A DNA stretch of 64,000 nucleotides from Bdellovibrionota bacterium (GTDB lineage Bacteria; Bdellovibrionota_C; UBA2361; CAKMMH01), in NCBI GenBank assembly GCA_050952645.1, contig JBMNLI010000010.1, positions 32,001-96,000 of the forward strand, written 5' to 3'. Shown here piece after piece: positions 55,073 to 64,000 of the stretch (positions are counted from its first letter, which is position 1; each line of letters opens with the position of its first letter). The translations under genes and the position numbers were made by a program. The notes under the pieces are model-generated. The model saw only the letters and a program-made list of their open reading frames with translations. It did no database searches and had not been told where the DNA came from.

Positions 55073-55377
55073 ATCTTATTCTTATACCAATAATAAAATA
55101 ATAAAATTTTAATCAATAAAAAAAAATTGAAAATTGCTTATAGTAAATATCTATTTTTTATAAATATTAAATATATTTAAAGATTTTCTATTTGTTTAAA
55201 CACCTAAAGTTTAAACACCTAAAAAAGTCTCTAAAGCATTTTATATAGCCTTTACTCTATAGCGTATAAATACTCTTTAAAAAGCATAAAACTTAAAAAA
55301 GCTTAAAACTCTTCGATACTTTGATTATAAAGACTACAATAATTGATTAATATTTTTTATTAGACAATACTAGAGCA

Positions 55378-55507
55378 TATGGTATATAAAAATACACTAA
55401 TTTCTTAGTTAAATCAAGAGATTAAAGTGAACTTTTTTTTTATACCATAAAAAACTAGGAAAAGTTTCACTCCGCAAAAAAAACGAGGAGTAAAACCCCC
55501 TAGTTTT
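55378..55507 (-). terminator. Two tandem hairpins in the rplL-rpoB spacer (terminator/attenuator-like)
   Basis: aaaactagg / cctagtttt (55451-55507, followed by a U-tract on the minus strand) and tatggtata / tataccata (55378-55449). Confidence 0.65.
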
Positions 55508-55523
55508 AAAAAGCTTTAAAAGA

Positions 55524-55910
55524 TTACTTAATAGATGCCTTAGCACCTGCTTCTTCGAGTTTTTTCTTGTAATCTTCAGCTTCAGCCTTAGAAACAGCTT
55601 CTTTTAATGTTTTTGGAGCTGCTTCAACTAATTCCTTAGCCTCTTTTAATCCAAGGCTTGTAATTTCACGAACTGCTTTAATAACTTTGATTTTATCATC
55701 ACCTACAGCATCTAAAACTATATCAAACTCAGTCTTTTCTTCATCAGCTGTAGCAGCAGCACCAGCAGCGCCACCTGCAGCTACCATCATAGCAGGCGCA
55801 GCAGCACTAACGCCTAACTCTTCTTCTAAGTCTTTAACTAGCTTAGCAGCATCCATTAACGACATATTTTTGATAAAATCTTTTACTTGTTCAACATTAA
55901 CTTCACTCAT
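55524..55910 (-). CDS. rplL: 50S ribosomal protein bL12
   Basis: GVSAAAP hinge, [23 protein letters not shown]. Confidence 0.98.
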   Translation of the reverse strand: MSEVNVEQVKDFIKNMSLMDAAKLVKDLEEELGVSAAAPAMMVAAGGAAGAAATADEEKTEFDIVLDAVGDDKIKVIKAVREITSLGLKEAKELVEAAPKTLKEAVSKAEAEDYKKKLEEAGAKASIK

Positions 55911-56029
55911 TTCTTTAAACTCCTAAATATAATAAATATAATAAAATAATAAATTTTTTTATTGCACTAAAAGCGCTAAAAAGCTTTTTCTTAACTTAAC
56001 TCAAATATAAAAAAATCACCTATATAAAA

Positions 56030-56575
56030 CTACTCTCCTGCAATTTTCTTTCTTTGAGCCTCAACAACACGAACAACTTTTTCACTCGACGCCTTAATAA
56101 CACGAACGAGTTGAGTTGCAGGTGTGTTAAGAAGATTAAGCAACTTAGCAAGAACTTCCTCTTTGCTAGGCATACTAGCTAAAGTTTTCACTCCAGCTAC
56201 ATCAATAAAAGCATTTTCAAACCAAGCTCCTTTTAATGCCAAAGCTTCATGGGTTTTTGCAAAGTCAGCAACGACTTTAGTCATAGACACAGGGTCGGAA
56301 GATGTAGAAATAAGCATACTTGGACCTTTGAAAATCTCTGTAAACTTATTTACCTCGCCTTCTACGCCGTTTTCTTTTAATGCTTTCTCTATTGATATCT
56401 TTGAAAGAGTATTTTTGATAACTCTACAATTCGCACCAACCTTACGCAGGCCTTTCTTAAAATCAGTTATATCTGAAACTGAAAGACCGTGATAATTAGC
56501 ACAAATAGCTACTTGTGCTTCTTGTAATGATTGAGTGACAAACTCTACTTCTTTTATCTTATCTGCTTTATTCAT
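56030..56575 (-). CDS. rplJ: 50S ribosomal protein uL10
   Basis: YHGLSV..VIKNTL..FKGPS..LASMPSKEEVLAKLL. Confidence 0.95.
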   Translation of the reverse strand: MNKADKIKEVEFVTQSLQEAQVAICANYHGLSVSDITDFKKGLRKVGANCRVIKNTLSKISIEKALKENGVEGEVNKFTEIFKGPSMLISTSSDPVSMTKVVADFAKTHEALALKGAWFENAFIDVAGVKTLASMPSKEEVLAKLLNLLNTPATQLVRVIKASSEKVVRVVEAQRKKIAGE

Positions 56576-56645
56576 TTTTAAATATTTCCTTTAAAAAATC
56601 AAAATTCATCCTAAAATAAGGTATCCTTAAATTAACTTAAAAAAG

Positions 56646-57350
56646 CTACAAAGATGCTCTTACATCTGCAACATCTAAAGCTACTGAAGGACCCATAGTC
56701 AAAGACACATAAGCAGACTTTAAATATACTCCCTTACTAGTTGAAGGTTTTGCCTTATTTAAAGCAACTATTAATGCTTTAATATTGTCTTTTATTTTCT
56801 CCGCACCAAATGAAACCTTACCAACAGCGGCATGCACGATACCCGCTTTATCGGCTCTATAAGAAGCACGCCCTTTTTTAAGCGAGTCTACCATGTTTGC
56901 CACGTCGAAAGTAACGGTTTCTTCTTTAGGAGAAGGCATCAAACCCTTTGGACCTAATATCTTTCCTATTTTTCCTACTTGTATCATCATATCAGGAGTT
57001 GCAACCACTTTATCAAAATCAAGGAATCCACCCTTTATTTTTTCAACAAGGTCATCTCCACCAACTATATCTGCACCAGCATCTTTAGCTTCTATCGCCT
57101 TATCAGCTTTTGCAAATACAGCCACTCTTACCTCTTTTCCTAATCCATGCGGAAGAGAAACACTCCCTCTAACATTTTGGTCAGCTTTTCTAGGATCTAC
57201 ACCGAGAGCCACGACTAACTCAACAGTTTCATCAAACTTTGCTGATGCAAGCTGCACTGTAAGTTCACATGCCTCATCTAAAGTATAGAACTTACCAGCT
57301 TCAACCTTTTCTTTTAATTTTACTATTCTTTTTCCTTTAGACATATTCAC
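56646..57350 (-). CDS. rplA: 50S ribosomal protein uL1
   Basis: AKFDETVE..LGVDPRKADQNVRG..LPHG..LGPKGLMP. Confidence 0.98.
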   Translation of the reverse strand: MNMSKGKRIVKLKEKVEAGKFYTLDEACELTVQLASAKFDETVELVVALGVDPRKADQNVRGSVSLPHGLGKEVRVAVFAKADKAIEAKDAGADIVGGDDLVEKIKGGFLDFDKVVATPDMMIQVGKIGKILGPKGLMPSPKEETVTFDVANMVDSLKKGRASYRADKAGIVHAAVGKVSFGAEKIKDNIKALIVALNKAKPSTSKGVYLKSAYVSLTMGPSVALDVADVRASL

Positions 57351-57404
57351 ACCATTTTAAAAAATATTTTAAAAAATTAGGTTAAAAATAAATTAACTAT
57401 TAAA

Positions 57405-57830
57405 TTAACTATTTATAGTAATTCCCATACTTCTAGCAGTTCCTACTACTATATTGCAAGCAGCTTCTAGCTCGAAACAATTAAGGTCTTCCATCTTTTG
57501 TTTAGCTATCTCTTTTACTTGAGCTTCGGTAATGCTTCCAATTTTATCTCTATTTGGAGTACCCGAGCCTTTTTGAACGGACGCCGCTTTCTTTAACAAG
57601 TATGCAACGGGCGGTGTCTTACACTCAAATGAAAAAGACCTATCCTTGTATACCGTAAGAACTACGGGCGTTATCTCACCTTGATTGTTTTGAGTTTTCG
57701 CATTGAATTGCTTACAAAACTCCATAATATTTACCCCTTGCTGTCCTAAAACTGGACCAATTGGTGGGGCAGGATTTGCTTTCCCCGCAGGGATTTGCAA
57801 TTTTATTTTTGCTTTAATTTCCTTTGCCAT
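57405..57830 (-). CDS. rplK: 50S ribosomal protein uL11
   Basis: [33 protein letters not shown]. Start corrected to the ATG at 57830, 1 nt after the nusG stop. Confidence 0.97.
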   Translation of the reverse strand: MAKEIKAKIKLQIPAGKANPAPPIGPVLGQQGVNIMEFCKQFNAKTQNNQGEITPVVLTVYKDRSFSFECKTPPVAYLLKKAASVQKGSGTPNRDKIGSITEAQVKEIAKQKMEDLNCFELEAACNIVVGTARSMGITINS

Positions 57831-57831
57831 A

Positions 57832-58704
57832 TTAACATTTCTCCACTTGTATATAATCAAGTTCAACCGGGCTTGGACGTCCAAAGATACTGATAGAAAC
57901 TACTAACTTACCTTTATCAGGCCTAACCTCTTCGACTACGCCTGTAAATTCGTTAAATGGTCCATCGATAACCTTAACACTTTCTCCCTTCTCAAAGTCA
58001 AACTTCGAGCGAGAAGACATCCCACCCTCCTCGACTTGGGTTTTGATAAGCTCCACGTCCTCTTCTTTTAAAGGTGCTGGATCTGTTGCATCACCCACGA
58101 ACCCCGAGACTTTTGGTGTTCCTTTAACTAGATGCCACGTATCTTGATTTAAACGCATTTGCACTAAAATATATCCTGGAAAAAACTTTTTAGTGCGTTT
58201 CTTCTTTTGTCCTTTAACTACCTCAGTTACGGTTTCCGCAGGGATCTTTATAGTCCCTAAATAATCATCTAGTCCTCTTAATTTAAATCTTTCCTCTAAA
58301 GACTCTTTAGCTTTTTGCTCATACCCTGAATACGTGTGGACTGCATACCAACACATATCAGGAATAACTAAAGCCTTTTCTTCTTTTTCTTTTAGCCTCT
58401 TTTCTCTTTTTTCTCTTCTTTCTTGTTTCTTTTGTTCTCTTTCTTTTGCACGACGCTCCTCTAAGGTTAAAGTAGGTTCCTTGCTTTCTACATTTTCCTT
58501 ACTTTCAGATTGCTCTTTTGCATCTACATTTGAAGCTACATTTGAAGCACACGCATTGTAAGAGGCACAAGAAGCGCCACTACAAGTTTCGCTACTTGTT
58601 TCTTTTAATTCTTTTTCAGCTAATCCTTTTTCAGCATCATTATTATTTTCATTTATATTTTCATTCATATTTTTATTCATATTTTCATTCATTTTTTCAC
58701 TCAT
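57832..58704 (-). CDS. nusG: transcription termination/antitermination factor NusG with a long N-terminal extension
   Basis: [37 protein letters not shown]. An alternative start is at 58356. Confidence 0.95.
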   Translation of the reverse strand: MSEKMNENMNKNMNENINENNNDAEKGLAEKELKETSSETCSGASCASYNACASNVASNVDAKEQSESKENVESKEPTLTLEERRAKEREQKKQERREKREKRLKEKEEKALVIPDMCWYAVHTYSGYEQKAKESLEERFKLRGLDDYLGTIKIPAETVTEVVKGQKKKRTKKFFPGYILVQMRLNQDTWHLVKGTPKVSGFVGDATDPAPLKEEDVELIKTQVEEGGMSSRSKFDFEKGESVKVIDGPFNEFTGVVEEVRPDKGKLVVSISIFGRPSPVELDYIQVEKC

Positions 58705-58930
58705 TATTATAACTTTATTATAACTTTATTATAACTTTTTATTATTATAACTTTAAAAAGAAAACTATAATATTTATAAAATATTTATAAACTAAACAAC
58801 TCTTAAAACAACTTTAAAATAAACTTATCCTTTATAAAAATTTTATACTAAACTTAAATTTTATCTAGCAAATGAAAACGATTAAAACAATAATCTCTTT
58901 ACTAAACTTAACTTTATAATTTTAATTTTG

Positions 58931-59137
58931 CTATTTAAAAATCTTAGGAACTACTGCACCACTTAAAATACTAAAAAAGTAATCGATTACAAAAATCATC
59001 GTTGCAACCATTATAACGATTAATATTACAGCTAGTGCTACTCTCTTCGTTTCTGACATACTAGGCGTGCTTACTTTCTTTAACTCTTTATAACTTTCAG
59101 AAACAAACTCTATCGATTTTGAAAATATATTTGCCAT
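58931..59137 (-). CDS. secE: preprotein translocase subunit SecE
   Basis: ESYKELKKVSTPS..ET followed by one TM; upstream of nusG. Confidence 0.9.
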   Translation of the reverse strand: MANIFSKSIEFVSESYKELKKVSTPSMSETKRVALAVILIVIMVATMIFVIDYFFSILSGAVVPKIFK

Positions 59138-59334
59138 ATAAATATAATCTTTAAACTAACAAAACATTAAAAAACTCAAGTATAGCACTCGAGTATACAC
59201 AATATAAACGATATAAACAATAACGACAACACAATTTACCAAAAATTTTAAAGAAGAGCAAACGTTCTAAGCAAAATAATTAAAAAAAAATTAATATCAC
59301 TTACCTAATATCACTTACCAACGCCAAAAAAAAA

Positions 59335-60779
59335 TTATATATCATTAACTTCCCAATATCCCGTTCTGTTAGAGCCTACTCTCTTAATATAACCATTATT
59401 TCTTAAATACGATATATTATTTTGAATGGCAGTTTTTTTTAAGTCTAGACTTTCCCCTAACTCCTTTCGAGTAATTTGAGGGTTCTTTTTCATTTCTTCT
59501 AAAATTCTATTTCTCGTTTTATTTAAAACTACCCCATCTCCAAGTTTTTTGGTCACGTTATGGGTCGCTTTATGGGTCACTTTATGGGTCGCTTTATCCC
59601 CCACTTTATCCCCCACATTTATATTATTAATTCTATTAAATGGGATCGTAACGACGATTGAATTCTCTCTAAAGTCAAACGCTTTCTTGCCGTAAATATT
59701 TACAATCGTAGGAACACCTCTTCCCGAGCGTTCACTAATATGAAGCTGAAGGAATATATCTGAAAGCTTTTGATTAACTGGAATTGATACGCCAGAAAAA
59801 AAACCTTCTTTAGTTTGTTTTTTAGGAAGAGAGCCATGAGACAGCACTTCAAGTCTATTATTATAAATAGTAATCATCGGCGCATTCCCATCTACCCATA
59901 AATTATGCACAAATGCATTAATAATTGCTTCTCTATATGCGTTTTGATTAAATAGCGGCACATCATTTCTCATCATCTTCCTATTTTTTTCATCAGCCTG
60001 AACTAAACTAATAACATCGCCATACTCTAACACTTTATCTAAAGATAAAAGAAGACACGTGTTTCTAAACTCCTTAACTGATAAAAGCTTACTTGCTTTA
60101 TTATCTCCTGAAAACAAGGAGACCCTTATGGGTATATGACTATTATCGGATATAAGCTGAGCTAAAAGATTGAACTTGCCATGCTTATTACGCAAAGAAA
60201 GATTTTCTTCAAAAGTTTTTTGTTTTAATACTATACCTTTGCCTGCATAATATGTAAAAAGCCTTTCAAATGTTAATTCTTGGCACTCAGCCTCAATGTC
60301 CTGTATTCTCGTTTTATCCTCACGGAGAATTTCAAACAGCGATGCTTCTCTCTCGGGGTATTTCGCTAAATTAACTTTACTATAGAACCTATTCTTAAAT
60401 AACGTTTCATATCAAATGAAGTAGGTATTTTAGAAGCGGCAGGAATCTCTAAAACAACAACTCTTTTATTTTCAATTTTTATCTCATGGAATGAAAACAA
60501 AATATCTGGAGTTATCTGTCTTGCAAGAAAGTGTTCAAATGGTTCTTTATGAATATTTTGCCGAAAATTAAATTTAGTCCCAATTATCTCATGGCTTTGA
60601 TCATGTATGCCCCAAACTAAATAAGCAAAATCTCCATTGTGAAAAGCAGCAGCATTTGAAAGAGCTGAAATATATTCTCCAACAGCATAAGGCTCAGTCT
60701 GATTCGTTTTAAACTCAAACCATTCTTCTTCTATATCATACTTGATTAGTTTTTTAACTATATTGATATATTTTTCCAT
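59335..60779 (-). pseudogene. Schlafen/AlbA_2 + HATPase_c_4 (RecG-C-like) + winged-HTH protein, split by a 2-nt insertion
   Basis: EEEWFEFK..ISALSN..YLVWGI; REAIINAFVHN..RLEV.SHG..ERSGRGV; C-terminal ITRKEL..IKRVGSNRTGYW. Removing 2 nt at about 60382 fuses both ORFs (RIGSSKVNLAKYPERE) into 480 aa. Confidence 0.85.
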
Positions 60780-60831
60780 AGAAGATTTTTCTTACTCTCA
60801 TTTTTAGAATCTAAAAAATCAAAAATATTTT

Positions 60832-61782
60832 TTAACTTACCTTTACCTTACCTTTTGAAGCTTTTTTAGCCTCTCTATCTGCGTACCATAAAGCGACTGG
60901 GGAAGCAACGTAAATCGTAGAATAGCAACCTATTATAATACCGATAACTAAAAATAAACTTAAATCTCTAATCTCTCCACCGCCGTGCACTAATAGCGCA
61001 AAAGCTGCAAAGAAAGTTAAAATGCTAGTTATAACCGTTCTTACTAGCATTTCGGTAATCGACTCATTTATAATATCCTCTAGCGCGTAATCTTTCGCAG
61101 CAAGCAATTTTTCTCTTATCCTATCGAATATTACTATCGTATCATTTACAGAATATCCTAGAAGAGTTAGCGCCGCTGCTAGCGTTGCCATACTTATAGT
61201 TTCTCCTAGCATTAAGTATACCCCAAGCCCTATAAAAACATCGTGAAAAAGTGCAACTACAGCCCCTAAGGCGAATGCGAACTCAAACCGAACGGAGATA
61301 TATATTAAGATTCCAATTACACTTATAGCGATCGCAATTTGTGCCTGTCTTCTTAACTCTTTTCCAGCTGTAGGACCTACATAGTCTATCTTTAATATTT
61401 CAAAAGAATCCTTTTTCTTATCTCCTTTAAAAATATTTTTATTAAAAGAATCTCTTAATAAATTTTTTATCTTTTCCGTATCCTTCTCTTCATTTGAAAG
61501 TTTTAGCAGAAACTCATTCGAGTTATCGAAAGCTTGAACTACTGCATTTTCAAAATGAGCCTCATCTAGTGCATCACGAACATCTTGGCTTGCTACTGCA
61601 TCATCATCAAACTTTACGATAATCTCATACCCCCCTCTATAATCTATGCCATACTTATCATCTCCTCTTGCAAACCAAACTGCAAGAGAAACTACTAAAA
61701 GTAGAGTTGAAAAAAACATTGCTACTTTTGAGTGTGATAAAAAATCGATCGTTTTCTTAGGTACAAATATTCTTCTAAACAT
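60832..61782 (-). CDS. secF: protein translocase subunit SecF
   Basis: GIDYRGG, VGPTAGKEL, ALFHDV, GYSVNDTIVIFDRIRE. Confidence 0.97.
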   Translation of the reverse strand: MFRRIFVPKKTIDFLSHSKVAMFFSTLLLVVSLAVWFARGDDKYGIDYRGGYEIIVKFDDDAVASQDVRDALDEAHFENAVVQAFDNSNEFLLKLSNEEKDTEKIKNLLRDSFNKNIFKGDKKKDSFEILKIDYVGPTAGKELRRQAQIAIAISVIGILIYISVRFEFAFALGAVVALFHDVFIGLGVYLMLGETISMATLAAALTLLGYSVNDTIVIFDRIREKLLAAKDYALEDIINESITEMLVRTVITSILTFFAAFALLVHGGGEIRDLSLFLVIGIIIGCYSTIYVASPVALWYADREAKKASKGKVKVS

Positions 61783-61801
61783 TTTTTTTATTTCCTTAAA
61801 A

Positions 61802-63340
61802 TTAAATAGATAACGTATTGGTTTTCTTATTTTTCAATTCAAATATTGAAAAAGCTAAGCGACTTGCAAAGGTTGCACAATAAAGAGTAGTTAGCACGCC
61901 TATCGCTAGAGTTACCGCAAAACCTCTTATAGGGCCAGTCCCAAAATAATATAAAACTATGCCAGTTAGAAGCGTCGTAAGGTTCGAGTCGATAATCGCC
62001 GAAAACGCCTTATCAAAACCTGCCTCCACTGCAGCATCTCTGCTTGCCCCTTTTAATAGTTCATCTCTAATTCTTTCAAAAATAATAACATTAGAGTCAA
62101 CCGCCATACCGATAGTTAACGCTAAACCTGCTAGCCCTGGAAGTGTTAAAGTAGCTCCAAAAGCTGAAAGCAAAGCTAGTATTAGTATTAAACTTAAAGC
62201 TAGACTACAAACTGCGACAAACCCACTTTTCCTATAATACACCACCATAAAAATTATCACAGCTGCAAAGCCTATTAGGATAGCCTCAACACCTTTTTTT
62301 ATCGAATCTCTACCTAGAGATGGGCCAACGGTTCTTTCCTCTATAACTACGAGTGAAGCAGGAAGCGCCCCAGCTTTTAAAATAACTGAAAGCTGTTTTG
62401 CCTCTTCTAAAGAAACGCCAGATATACTTGCTCTACCACCTGCAATGGCATCTCTTATAACTGGTGCAGAATAAACCACATTATCTAAAATAATTGCTAA
62501 TCTTTTTCCTACATTATTAGAGGTTATTCTATAAAAAGTTCTCCCTCCCTCAGATGTAAAAGTTAAGGCGATCTCTGGTTGTCCCATCGTGCTATCGAAT
62601 GCAGGGCGTGCATCTTGTATAACATCACCCGTCATTAATGATGTATCTGATACTCTATAAGAATTCCCCTCTTTATCCTTTAGCACTACACTTCTTGCTA
62701 CCTCTTCAGACCCTCCATCTACAACTATTCTAAACTCAAGTTTAGCTACTGAACCGATAACCTTTTTTAAACTTTCAACATCGGATACCCCTGGCATTTG
62801 AAGCGTTATGGCCGTTTCTCCTTTTCTTTGAATTACAGGTTCTGCAACCCCAAACTGATCCACCCTATTTCTTAACGTCTCTAGCGATTTTTGAACTGCT
62901 GTGTTTTCAATCTCTTTTGTTGCATTGTTATTTATTGTATAAACTAAATTTACTTGTTCTCCACTAGTTATTTCTTCTCTTACGAAAACTAGCTCTGGAA
63001 AGTTTGATTTTATTTTTTCTTGAGAAACTTTAGATGTAGATTTATTTAAAAGCGTAAAATATATCTGATTATTCTTCTCTACATAAGCTCTTAGAACTGG
63101 CACTTTAGCATTTCTAAGCTCCGTTCTTGCAGAGTTTGCAATACTTTGAAGTCTCCCCATAACGGCTTCACGAACTTGCACATCGTAAACTAAGTGCGCT
63201 CCGCCTCTTAAGTCGAGTCCTAAAGAAATCGGCTTAGAAAACCAACTTTTAGTTTTAAAAAAAGTAGGAACTAAAAGTAGTATAGCTACAACTAAGATGG
63301 TTAAAAATACGATCGTTCTATTCTTTACATCACTACTCAT
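61802..63340 (-). CDS. secD: protein translocase subunit SecD
   Basis: LGLDLRGG, RNRVDQFGVAEP, TVGPSLG, GMAVDSNVIIFERI. Confidence 0.97.
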   Translation of the reverse strand: MSSDVKNRTIVFLTILVVAILLLVPTFFKTKSWFSKPISLGLDLRGGAHLVYDVQVREAVMGRLQSIANSARTELRNAKVPVLRAYVEKNNQIYFTLLNKSTSKVSQEKIKSNFPELVFVREEITSGEQVNLVYTINNNATKEIENTAVQKSLETLRNRVDQFGVAEPVIQRKGETAITLQMPGVSDVESLKKVIGSVAKLEFRIVVDGGSEEVARSVVLKDKEGNSYRVSDTSLMTGDVIQDARPAFDSTMGQPEIALTFTSEGGRTFYRITSNNVGKRLAIILDNVVYSAPVIRDAIAGGRASISGVSLEEAKQLSVILKAGALPASLVVIEERTVGPSLGRDSIKKGVEAILIGFAAVIIFMVVYYRKSGFVAVCSLALSLILILALLSAFGATLTLPGLAGLALTIGMAVDSNVIIFERIRDELLKGASRDAAVEAGFDKAFSAIIDSNLTTLLTGIVLYYFGTGPIRGFAVTLAIGVLTTLYCATFASRLAFSIFELKNKKTNTLSI

Positions 63341-63388
63341 AACAATCTATCTCCCTTATAATAAAAACTTTAAATTGAATTTTTTGAC

Positions 63389-63605
63389 TCTTCACGTTTT
63401 AAGTGGGTTAAAGACCTTAAAATTAGTATTACTCACCCCACACGCCCAAAAGAAAATTGACTTTCAAGAAATTTGCATCAAATAAATTAACTTTAAATAT
63501 AGCTGTAATTTTTTTTTGAAACTATAACTAGTTTGATAAAAAAGTCAATTTTCTTTTAAGCTAACCTAAAAAAACAATTTTTCTAACCCACCTAAAACGT
63601 GAAGA
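63389..63605. mobile_element. MITE/REPIN-like element, copy C, with 22-bp terminal inverted repeats and an inner 17-bp inverted repeat (yajC-secD spacer)
   Basis: tcttcacgttttaagtgggtta (63389-63410) / taacccacctaaaacgtgaaga (63584-63605) match at 21/22. Inner aaaagaaaattgacttt (63448-63464) / aaagtcaattttctttt (63541-63557) is perfect. Mobility is inferred, not shown. Confidence 0.6.
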
Positions 63606-63633
63606 ACCATTTTTTTTACTTAACCCCTTTTTG

Positions 63634-63999
63634 CTAAACCTTTGCTACTAAGGCATTTTTTTTAAACTTAACTTTTGTGCCTTGAGAAATTTCTAACATT
63701 ACAAAATCTTCATCGATAGAGCTTACTTTTCCATAAATACCACAAGAGGTTACTACTTTATCGCCCGACTTTAAACTTTCAAGCATTTCTTTTCTTTGCT
63801 TATTTATTTGTTCTTGAGGGCGAGTTACGAAAAAATAAAATATAAAATATATGATTATACATAAAGGTAGCATTTGGAGCATAGCTTCAAGCATAGTTGG
63901 AGTTTTAACATTTTGAGCAATTGCGTTTGAAGCAATTTCGTTTTGAGCAATTGTAGTGTTAGCTACCACGTTATCTTGAGCTAATGCTGGCAAGATAAA
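63634..63999 (-). CDS. yajC: preprotein translocase subunit YajC, 5'-partial
   Basis: IFYFFVTRPQ..LKSGDKVVTSCGIYGKV; frame open to the window edge; upstream of secD. Confidence 0.93.
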   Translation of the reverse strand, partial: FILPALAQDNVVANTTIAQNEIASNAIAQNVKTPTMLEAMLQMLPLCIIIYFIFYFFVTRPQEQINKQRKEMLESLKSGDKVVTSCGIYGKVSSIDEDFVMLEISQGTKVKFKKNALVAKV

Positions 64000-64000
64000 A

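Noticed and set aside
57831..57884. Extended rplK N-terminus (MDVQARL...) from the ORF track
   Set aside because: It overlaps the nusG 3' end; canonical uL11 begins at MAKEI (57830).
59181..59198. tagcactc-gagtata resembling a CIRCE operator
   Set aside because: It lacks the 9-nt spacer and second arm and is not upstream of heat-shock genes. No CIRCE was seen before grpE or dnaK, and no hrcA is in the window.
59138..59334. Expected tRNA-Trp or rpmG upstream of secE
   Set aside because: No cloverleaf, T-loop (GTTCRA) or L33-like ORF is visible.

Overview
AT-rich bacterial chromosome window, standard genetic code. The ribosomal-protein and RNA-polymerase sequences look deltaproteobacterial/Bdellovibrionota-like (inference). 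Most of it is core machinery on the minus strand: yajC-secD-secF, secE-nusG-rplKAJL-rpoBC, grpE-dnaK-dnaJ and rpsL-rpsG-fusA-tuf-S10-spc through secY. Accessory parts are: (i) the end of an aryl-polyene-like fatty-acid/PKS-II cluster (apeQ/apeR-like) plus an NDP-sugar epimerase at the left edge; (ii) back-to-back, 5'-truncated and frameshifted RCC1-repeat and RDD pseudogenes, an HDOD-like protein, surA and a highly degenerate, apparently ATPase-dead UvrA paralogue; (iii) a ~10-kb glycosylation island downstream of rpoC (DUF4214-like protein, GT4 enzymes, a remnant and a long copy of a polytopic GT-C-like gene, and a secreted Thr/Pro-repeat Cys-rich protein); (iv) a frameshifted Schlafen/AlbA_2-HATPase-wHTH gene between secF and secE. 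Hidden non-coding structure includes a repeated ~55-75-nt palindromic element present three times in intra-operon spacers (one with 22-bp terminal inverted repeats and nested repeats), many long imperfect hairpins, and pervasive 11-17-bp tandem micro-duplications. The translation apparatus is unusual: EF-Tu lacks the RGITI switch-I motif and uL3 has a shortened PTC-proximal loop. No tRNA, rRNA, CRISPR array, integrase or transposase was recognised.
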